Notes under the pieces: model-generated
Database searches by the model: none
What the model was told of the DNA's origin: nothing
The model's input: only the letters and a program-made list of their open reading frames with translations
Part shown: piece after piece, positions 1-7,703 of the stretch
How the letters are laid out: every line of letters begins with the position of its first letter
Numbering within the stretch: position 1 is the stretch's first letter
DNA from: Thermodesulfovibrionales bacterium
Lineage (GTDB): Bacteria; Nitrospirota; Thermodesulfovibrionia; Thermodesulfovibrionales; UBA6898
Direction of reading: 5' to 3'
DNA length: 64,000 bases
Assembly (NCBI GenBank): GCA_044450345.1
Contig: JBIOIY010000004.1
Span: forward strand, 1-64,000
Position numbers and translations under genes: made by a program

Positions 1-113
1 CGGGGAGCAATCCCCCTGAAGGTCTGTGGTAGACTACCACGTTGATAGGCTGGAGGTGTAAGTGCAGTAATGCATTCAGCTGACCAGTACTAATTGACCG
101 TGTGTCTTGACCC
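1..113 (+). rRNA. rrl: 23S rRNA, 3' end (partial)
   Basis: Typical 23S 3'-terminal sequence (gttgataggctggaggtgtaag...cagctgaccagtactaat...cttgacc), followed by 5S rRNA. Confidence 0.93.
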
Positions 114-180
114 TTATTTATTTCTTCCCTCCTGGTGTCAAAAGAACTTGCATTTGGTTCTTTGAATGGTATAAGATATT

Positions 181-204
181 GGGCGAACAGCAGTTCGCCC
201 CTAC
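181..204 (-). repeat. GTAG-type REP-like palindrome in the 23S-5S spacer
   Basis: Minus strand reads GTAG GG GCGAAC TGCT GTTCGC CC: GTAG tetranucleotide plus GC-rich hairpin. Confidence 0.55.
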
Positions 205-219
205 ACGGAAATTAAGGTT

Positions 220-336
<117 letters not shown>

Positions 337-342
337 TAAAAT

Positions 343-372
343 AAAAGGCCCGCAGAAATGCGGGCCTTTTTT
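343..372 (+). terminator. Rho-independent terminator of the rRNA operon
   Basis: aaaaggcccgca-gaaa-tgcgggcctttttt hairpin with U tract. Confidence 0.9.
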
Positions 373-474
373 GTTGCAGGCAATAAATTGCCTCAAATAT
401 TTCTTTGTACTCCGGCAGAGATCGTCTTCCCGCTTGATTTCCGGCCATTTGCTGCTATGATTTTATTGGGATAA

Positions 475-963
475 ATGAAAAAGGACGATTCTATTGCGAG
501 AATCAGGAGCTGCATGTTCATGGAATCTGCGTGTGCTGCGGTTTTCCATCTGATGGCGCTGAATTTTCCGAGAGAAGGCGAATTATGGAGCCAAATAGCA
601 ATGGACGAGGAAGCGCATGCAGAGATTATCGCCAAGGGTATGAACTTCAACGATCCCGAAAACTTCACTGATTTTGATGTCCCCCCTGTCCTTCAATATA
701 TAAGACAGACGGCCGAATACGCAACAGAGTTCAAAAAGATGCTGGTGAAGGATAGCGTGTCACTGAGAGATGCCTTTGAAATGGTGATCAGTCTTCTGAA
801 AAAGAAGAATGAGAGCTATCAAAATGACCTTCTAGGCAAAGAGACCGACGAGCGGGTACATAGGGTCTTTCAGAGGCTTTTCGACATAGACGCCTCGCGC
901 CTGGACCTAGTGACTGCTGCCATGGCCAAATACAACTTTACGAAAGAGACGGGTCCGAAATGA
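475..963 (+). CDS. Ferritin-like / rubrerythrin-like diiron domain protein
   Basis: E..A..F..MA..FP....LW..IA.DE..HA first helix-pair motif; second half degenerate. Confidence 0.6.
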   Translation: MKKDDSIARIRSCMFMESACAAVFHLMALNFPREGELWSQIAMDEEAHAEIIAKGMNFNDPENFTDFDVPPVLQYIRQTAEYATEFKKMLVKDSVSLRDAFEMVISLLKKKNESYQNDLLGKETDERVHRVFQRLFDIDASRLDLVTAAMAKYNFTKETGPK

Positions 964-1020
964 ACCCCGCCCGCGTGAAAGTCTCCTGCGACGATGTTTA
1001 GTGCCGCAGGAGACTTTCTA

Positions 1021-1179
1021 TTATCCCTCGCAGCAAATACGCCTCATACTTTTTTTCCCGTTCGGTGAAACGGCGAGGACGACATCTACTTTTTTCCCGC
1101 AGTTGCTGCAGAAACTGCCTTTGCTTTTGTTATCTGCTCTTGCAGAAACGTCTGTCTTGGATTTTTTTTCTCCTGCCAT
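1021..1179 (-). CDS. Small (52 aa) basic protein with CxxC...CC motif
   Basis: Manual translation MAGEKKSKTD...FCSNCGKKVDVVLAVSPNGKKSMRRICCEG*; strong SD AAGGAGGT upstream; below the ORF-track size cutoff. Confidence 0.65.
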   Translation of the reverse strand: MAGEKKSKTDVSARADNKSKGSFCSNCGKKVDVVLAVSPNGKKSMRRICCEG

Positions 1180-1513
1180 GATGAAACCTCCTTTCTTATA
1201 TTCATGCCTCGATCAGGCAAATTCGCATTCTCGCTGTCTTGAAGACATGATGTCGGCCCCACAATTATCCTCAAAAGATTGCACATCCTTTACCGGGGAA
1301 AGCCGCGATCGAGGACCTTCAATACAAAACCCATTAATATAAAACAAAGGTGCAGACTTTGTCAAGAAGACCGGAAACACGGGGCGCAAAACCCGGATAA
1401 TCTATCTCAAAGTGAATGGGATTACTGGCAACAATGAAAGTCACCCTTTGGAAAAATCAGCAGATATCGGGCCGCTGTTGTGGTTTTAGATGATTTATGG
1501 TACTTTTTAGCAG

Positions 1514-2446
1514 ATGAAAATGAAATCATCTATCCTGCTTGATAAGGGGACCCTCTGGAAAAAGATCGTGAAAACCACAGCCAATGCACTGGCCACCGGC
1601 GCGCTTCTTCCTATCCCCACCAATTACGAGTTTATCGAAGACGGCGGTGTGCGCTTTTTTGTGAGAATCCTCGCAAATCTCACAGCGAAGGATGAAGAGA
1701 GGAAGAAGCAGGGGGAAAAAGGCGAGAGGATAAATCCCTTTCTTCCCTTTGAGAGAGATCTCTTCGTTGCAGATATCTCAGAAACTCATGTGGCGGTCTT
1801 GAACAAGTTCAATGTCGTGGGACACCACCTTCTCATTATCACAAGGGAATTTGAGGAACAGAAGACCTTGCTTACCGTAATGGATTTCGAGGCGTTATGG
1901 GCTTGTCTGGACGCGTATGATGGGCTCGGCTTCTACAATGGGGGCGAAACTGCCGGCGCGAGTCAGCCCCACAAACATCTTCAGTTGGTGCCTCTTCCTC
2001 TTGCGCCCGAAGGTCCGCGGGTTCCGGTTGAGCCTCTTCTCGTATCGGTGAAAGTCCAGGGTCGGATAGGCAACGTTCCCGGATTTCCTTTCCTCCACGC
2101 CTTTGGCCGTCTGGACACCGGTGACGGCGACCCTTCGGATCACCCTGCCGCAGCGGCAAGGTCTTTTGACCTTTATTGCCAAATGCTCCAACATATTGGT
2201 CTGAGTGTCACGAGTGCGGGCGGCCGGGTAAGGCAGTCTCCCCCTTACTGTCTCATCGTCACTCGTGAATGGATGCTGCTCGTGCCGAGATCAACAGAAT
2301 TTTTTGAAGGCATTTCAATTAATTCGCTTGCATATGCAGGGGCTTTGCTCGTCCGGAATGAAAGGCAATTGGAAGTGCTGAAACGGCACGGACCGATGAC
2401 GGCGCTGAAAAGTACTGCGTTGCAAAGAAGCTTCAACTTACCTTAA
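1514..2446 (+). CDS. ATP adenylyltransferase / Ap4A phosphorylase II (HIT superfamily)
   Basis: NPFLP, LNKFNV..HHLLIIT, FYNGG..AGASQPHKHLQ (HxHxQ) motifs. Confidence 0.88.
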   Translation: MKMKSSILLDKGTLWKKIVKTTANALATGALLPIPTNYEFIEDGGVRFFVRILANLTAKDEERKKQGEKGERINPFLPFERDLFVADISETHVAVLNKFNVVGHHLLIITREFEEQKTLLTVMDFEALWACLDAYDGLGFYNGGETAGASQPHKHLQLVPLPLAPEGPRVPVEPLLVSVKVQGRIGNVPGFPFLHAFGRLDTGDGDPSDHPAAAARSFDLYCQMLQHIGLSVTSAGGRVRQSPPYCLIVTREWMLLVPRSTEFFEGISINSLAYAGALLVRNERQLEVLKRHGPMTALKSTALQRSFNLP

Positions 2447-2964
2447 ATTTCTCCTAAAATATTTGCAGCGGGAATAATGTTGCCGCTCAGATGCCGTCCT
2501 CATGAGGGAGGCAGTGAAGTGGGGACGACTTATGTTTTTGCATGAAGCGGATTGCCGTGATATTATAGCCAACGGGAAATCAGGACGTTTGTCCCCAATT
2601 ATTGCTTCACTCTCGCGGAGAGGATTGTCCCGGCTGCGGAATTGTCCGAGCAGATTTCCACTGCCGGGTACGAGGCATCCGGTACGGGCAACATGAAATT
2701 CACATTGAATGGCGCACTGACTATCGGAACGCTTGGGGTATTTCGCCTGTGAAGATCGGCTGAGTGTTACCTGACAAACTCAACATTCGCAATTAAGTTC
2801 TTCTTGTTACCTTCCAATAGGCCGGGCGTTTGCGTTATAATCAGATGGAACAAAAAACAGTGCTGTTACGGTGTCTTGTTGTCAAATGAAATCATAGACT
2901 GGGATGCATGTAATCTGCAGCCAATGAGGACAAGAATCGGTTTTGCTCTCTTAGAACAGATAGA

Positions 2965-3669
2965 ATGGTTATTGGTTCAGGAATGATGGCAGGAGCGTTC
3001 ACTTCCTCGCTGGGAGATGCTCCATCGATTTGCGTTTATGCCGCGGGTGTTTCAAATTCGGGAAGTTCTGATCACCGGGAATTCGAGCGTGAACTGATTC
3101 GCCTGAGGGCAGCGGTGGAACAATATAGGACAGCAAAGCTATTTCTCTACTTCGGCACATGCAGCGTGAATGACCCCGTTGTGCGTTTATCTCCGTATGT
3201 TCAGCATAAACTCAAGATGGAACAGCTTGTCATGACACACCCGGGTCATTTGATTGTGCGATTACCGCAGGTAGCAGGACCGACGAGTAACCCGCACACA
3301 TTGCTTAATTATATTTTCGCCCGCATTAGCAGGGGGGAACGCTTTCAGGTATGGAAAAACGCCCAGCGCAACATAATCGACATAGACGACGTCGTGCGCA
3401 TTATTGTTGACCTGGCTCTGGTTGAAGGCGCCAGGGGCGAGCGCATCAACGTTGCAAATTTTTCCAATATTGATATGCCGGATCTCGTAGAAATAATGGA
3501 ACGGGTTATCGGCAAAAAAGCCCTATGTGATTATGTAGAGAAAGGGGCCCCCTACATGATTGATACGCGACGAATCAATGCCATCACGAAACGGTGCGGC
3601 ATTTCGTTCGACCCCCAATACACAGAACAGGTCTTCATGAAATACTATGGAAAAGCAATCAGCGCTTAG
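2965..3669 (+). CDS. NAD-dependent epimerase/dehydratase-like protein
   Basis: N-terminal IGSGMMA, A.GVSNS, Y..HK (YxxxK), RNIIDIDD. Confidence 0.75.
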   Translation: MVIGSGMMAGAFTSSLGDAPSICVYAAGVSNSGSSDHREFERELIRLRAAVEQYRTAKLFLYFGTCSVNDPVVRLSPYVQHKLKMEQLVMTHPGHLIVRLPQVAGPTSNPHTLLNYIFARISRGERFQVWKNAQRNIIDIDDVVRIIVDLALVEGARGERINVANFSNIDMPDLVEIMERVIGKKALCDYVEKGAPYMIDTRRINAITKRCGISFDPQYTEQVFMKYYGKAISA

Positions 3670-4618
3670 CCTAAAGGTCTCCATCGTTGTGCCGGTTTAC
3701 CGCAGCGAAAAAATACTTCCCAGGCTGGTTGATGAGGTGCATGCGGTAATGCAGGAGAAAGGTCTTCAGGACTCGTTTGAATTGGTGCTCGTCAACGATG
3801 CAAGTCCAGACGGGAGTTGGGAGCAGATTAAGAGATTGGCAGGAGAACACAAATTTATCGTAGGCCTTTCGCTGATGAAGAATTTTGGTCAGCATAATGC
3901 TACGATGGCTGGCCTTAATCATGCCAGTGGCGATGTGGTAGTGATTATGGATGATGACCTGCAGCACCCGCCTTCGACAATTACCAGCCTCTTGGACACT
4001 ATTGAGGCAGGAGCGGATGTCTGCTACACGTACTATCGGGCTCGGCGGCATGCGGCGTGGAAAAAAATAGGAAGTTGGGTTAATGACGTGGCTGCCACGG
4101 TCTTGCTAGGAAAACCACGCGAACTCTATCTTTCGTCTTTTAAGGCGTTGAGACGGTCCATTGTGACCGAGATAATCAAGTATGACGGCCCCTATGCCTA
4201 TGTTGACGGTCTCATCCTGGACACGACCCGATCGATTGCGTCAGTCGAAATACTACATCAGGAACGATTTGAGGGCACGGGAAACTACACCTTCCTTAAA
4301 TCCTTATCCCTCTGGCTAAAAATGGCGACCAGCTTTTCTGTGTTTCCCCTGCGCCTTGCCTCGGTTTTTGGAATTGTTTTAGCAGGGCTGAGTCTTGTGT
4401 TTATCGCGGCTGTGGTACTTGAAAAGCTCAGACATCCAGAGACTCCCGCAGGCTGGGCCTCCCTCATTGCAACAGTGCTCTTTATTGGAGGCGTTCAGCT
4501 TCTGTGCCTTGGACTCATCGGAGAGTATTTGGGCAGGGCGTATCTGAAACTCAACAGAAAACCGCAGTTTGTGGTTCGAGAAACATGTGCCGGGACATCG
4601 CACCATTCTCGCAAGTAG
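3647..4618 (+). CDS. GT2 polyprenol-phosphate glycosyltransferase (GtrB/ArnC-like)
   Basis: SIVVPVY, VNDASPD, NFGQH.A..AGL, MDDDLQHPP, two C-terminal TM helices, GLIGEYLGR. Confidence 0.9.
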   Translation: MEKQSALSLKVSIVVPVYRSEKILPRLVDEVHAVMQEKGLQDSFELVLVNDASPDGSWEQIKRLAGEHKFIVGLSLMKNFGQHNATMAGLNHASGDVVVIMDDDLQHPPSTITSLLDTIEAGADVCYTYYRARRHAAWKKIGSWVNDVAATVLLGKPRELYLSSFKALRRSIVTEIIKYDGPYAYVDGLILDTTRSIASVEILHQERFEGTGNYTFLKSLSLWLKMATSFSVFPLRLASVFGIVLAGLSLVFIAAVVLEKLRHPETPAGWASLIATVLFIGGVQLLCLGLIGEYLGRAYLKLNRKPQFVVRETCAGTSHHSRK

Positions 4619-4768
4619 CGGTGGACTCATTCCCGGATATGGGCGGAACATGTCTTCTGAAGGTGACAACTCAGTTTTTTTCATCTTGAAAAGAAATGGC
4701 AGGAAGAAAAATAGCTGCATGGTGTCGATGGGAGCTTTCTGGCGGCAGCACGCTATGGAATGTGAACC

Positions 4769-5449
4769 ATGAGAAATAAAAACTTTGATGAGTACGCCGA
4801 AGACTATGACACTATCTTGAAAAAGAAACTAAAAGTCTTCGGAGAAGAAACAGATTACTATGCTGAAAGTAAGATAAGAATCATTCAAGAAAATATCCGA
4901 AAATCTCCCGCAAGGATTCTTGAGTTCGGCTGTGGAATCGGCACAAACATTAGATGGTTGCTCGATTTCTTTCCCAATGCCAGCGTGTTCGGTTGCGACG
5001 TATCCGAAAGAAGTCTGGAAAAGGCGTCCTCCCGGTACCAGTCAGTAAATTTTTTCCCGATTAAGGACGACTGCATTGATCCTTCGGGCAGGTTCGACGT
5101 AGTACTGGTTGCAAATGTATTTCATCACATCCCCCCTGAGCAAAGAGAGGAAACGATGAAAAAGCTCGCCAAATATGTTGCTGACGGCGGCGAGATATTC
5201 ATATTTGAGCACAATCCCTGCAATCCTCTCACGAGGTATATAGTGCATATATGCCCTTTTGACAAGGATGTCACTCTTTTGTGGCCGAAGGAGACCAGAT
5301 GCTTGTGCGACAGGGCAGGTTTTAAGGTCGTTTCGCGAAAGTATATTTTATTCTTTCCTTCTTTTCTGAAAAAATTGAGGTCCTTGGAGGCAAAGCTGGG
5401 CTGGCTCCCTCTGGGAGGACAATACTATGTGCACGCACGCAAGCAGTGA
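4769..5449 (+). CDS. Class I SAM-dependent methyltransferase
   Basis: ILEFGCGIG motif I, GCDVS, NVFHHIP. Confidence 0.88.
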   Translation: MRNKNFDEYAEDYDTILKKKLKVFGEETDYYAESKIRIIQENIRKSPARILEFGCGIGTNIRWLLDFFPNASVFGCDVSERSLEKASSRYQSVNFFPIKDDCIDPSGRFDVVLVANVFHHIPPEQREETMKKLAKYVADGGEIFIFEHNPCNPLTRYIVHICPFDKDVTLLWPKETRCLCDRAGFKVVSRKYILFFPSFLKKLRSLEAKLGWLPLGGQYYVHARKQ

Positions 5450-5558
5450 TCCTCTAAGTATCTCCACGAAATCCTTTCGTGACTCATGGGAGAGCGCCAT
5501 TGAATCAATTCGGAATCGCTGACAATGCGCCGGGACTGCCCGACGTGCTTAAGACGCA

Positions 5559-7703
5559 TTACATCGAATCGTTGACTTCGACATCGATATACACCACCCC
5601 GGTGCGAATCGTGAGCGGGACGAAGGCGCCGTTTGATTGCAGAGCATAGAATTCCAACCTGTGTCTGCCGGCTCCAAGGTCCTCGGCCGGCACGGCGATG
5701 TTCCAGCCTGAAAGCAGGAGGTTCCTGTTGGCCAGGGTTGTCGCGACATCTCTGCGTTGTATATTGATGGGAACGGCAGCGAAGGGCTTTCCGTTGTCGA
5801 GTACGACTACCCATTTTGCGGGCTTTTTCGCAACAGGATCATAGGCCCACCCTGTTGCATGTACTGCGCCGCGCAGAGAAATCACAGATGACGTTTCGCT
5901 CGGTTCGAAGATGTCGATATGTCCAGCCTGAAGATCCTTCATGACCAAAGATGAATCATAACGCGCCAATACGGCCTTCTCTTCAATGTCAGGAGAGGCT
6001 TTTCCATGAAACAGCGCACCCAAATACTCGGGCCTGTATAGGATGGCCTTGATATGTCCGGAAAGTGGTCTATTCACAATCTGTGACAAAGGGTTATAGC
6101 CCAGTGTCTCCCCAACGACACCTTGAATCAATGCCCTCGGCAATTTGGGCTGGAGAAGATACCGGTTCTCCTTAGGCGAATATTTTAACAGGATACTCTT
6201 GGCGATTGGTAGGAGTACGTCTTCATTTTCCTCACCTTTACAGATAAATATATCATCTCTAATCGTGCAGTCTGTTTTCCTGCCCTCTGACCACACAAAG
6301 ACCCTCGAGAATAGAGATGGATCCTCATAGAGATAGCTCATCCATGACTTCGCCAAGTAGTTTGCCGTTGTGGCCAGGTAGGACGACTGGGGCGGAACGA
6401 AAAGAATCAGTCGTGCGTCGGGTTTAAGCCCTGGTATCTGCTCGACTATAGAACGCAATTCAGACTGATGTTGCCTCCAGTACCCGAGGAAATAGTCCTG
6501 ACGCTCCAGCCCCCCGTAAATGCCGAGGGCGATAAAAAGCGTGGGCAAAACCAACGATGTATACTGACGACTTTTCAGTACGGACCGGCCAAGCCAGTAC
6601 GTCAACAATGCGACGGCCATTGAGGCCCATACCCGGGAAACCCAATGCGTGCGATAAAAAACCTCTGAAAACTGAACAGACGAGTAAATGGCATTCGAAC
6701 ACAAGGCCATCAGTAAGCAGATAATAAATACGACTGCCATACGACGTCCATCTTTCCGCGACCGCTCTTTAGTTTCAGACTGTCTGCGCCACAACCAGGC
6801 GGCCACAACCCCAAAAACAATGGCGCCAAACAGCGCAATCAAAAATTTAAATGAGAATGAGAGTATGGACGGCGGCGCAGGAAACCACTGTCGTCTGCCT
6901 ATCGCCCAATTCCAAGGCGTAAAATTATGCATGAACATAACGAGCGCGTTGAAGACTTTTCCCTTGAGCGGCAAAGGGCGCAGAGATACTGCTGCGTAGC
7001 TTTGGGGGCTCATCAAAAACAAAATGAAAACGATGAGGTAGGGAGCAAGCACAGCATACCAGAATGCTGTCAATTTCAGCAGTCGCTTGGAAATCCGGAA
7101 ATTGTCCAGCGCTAGGAGGAGCAGGGGGGTGAGCAGCACGGACGCAAACGCGGCGTCGTATGTCCAAACACTGCAACTTAACGCAATACCCGAGAGGATA
7201 AGCCATGGCCATCTATTCCCCTGCCACCATCGTATCAGACAGAGAAGCGAGAGAAAATAAAAGGTCGCTGAAAAAGCGATATGCATCGGGACAATGGAAT
7301 TGGTGAGGAAATCACTTGTAGCCGTGAGCGTTAACCCGCCCCCGAGATAAGCCAGCAGGCTCTGTTGGGGGAAAAGTCGTCGTAACAGCAGATATGCCAG
7401 GATTCCGGTGATGAACCAGTTAATCCCGTATAAAAGCTGCAGGGACAGGATCAAAGAGCCTGACCAGTGGGACAATGTATAGGGGACATTCTCCAACAGC
7501 CGCGTCGGGGTTACGCCCGGTGAAATCAGTTGCGCAACCGGGCTGTCAGAATGGACCTGAACCAAATAAAGGACCAGCAGTTCGTCCTGCCACATACCCC
7601 GATCCGGGGCAAACAATCCCCATACGAGCACCGTCAGCATCCCATATATACCGATAATGACGGCCCATTCACGTGTGGATTTGCGCGATATCGGATTTAT
7701 CAT
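5559..7703 (-). CDS. Multi-pass membrane protein, GT-C-type glycosyltransferase-like, with C-terminal Ig-like domain
   Basis: About 11-12 hydrophobic segments; acidic QDE in first loop; C-terminal GHID...GWAYDP...RRDVA beta domain. Confidence 0.55.
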   Translation of the reverse strand: MINPISRKSTREWAVIIGIYGMLTVLVWGLFAPDRGMWQDELLVLYLVQVHSDSPVAQLISPGVTPTRLLENVPYTLSHWSGSLILSLQLLYGINWFITGILAYLLLRRLFPQQSLLAYLGGGLTLTATSDFLTNSIVPMHIAFSATFYFLSLLCLIRWWQGNRWPWLILSGIALSCSVWTYDAAFASVLLTPLLLLALDNFRISKRLLKLTAFWYAVLAPYLIVFILFLMSPQSYAAVSLRPLPLKGKVFNALVMFMHNFTPWNWAIGRRQWFPAPPSILSFSFKFLIALFGAIVFGVVAAWLWRRQSETKERSRKDGRRMAVVFIICLLMALCSNAIYSSVQFSEVFYRTHWVSRVWASMAVALLTYWLGRSVLKSRQYTSLVLPTLFIALGIYGGLERQDYFLGYWRQHQSELRSIVEQIPGLKPDARLILFVPPQSSYLATTANYLAKSWMSYLYEDPSLFSRVFVWSEGRKTDCTIRDDIFICKGEENEDVLLPIAKSILLKYSPKENRYLLQPKLPRALIQGVVGETLGYNPLSQIVNRPLSGHIKAILYRPEYLGALFHGKASPDIEEKAVLARYDSSLVMKDLQAGHIDIFEPSETSSVISLRGAVHATGWAYDPVAKKPAKWVVVLDNGKPFAAVPINIQRRDVATTLANRNLLLSGWNIAVPAEDLGAGRHRLEFYALQSNGAFVPLTIRTGVVYIDVEVNDSM

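Noticed and set aside
2570..2660. Three TTGTCC copies in a long intergenic region
   Set aside because: Short and irregularly spaced; cannot be told from chance
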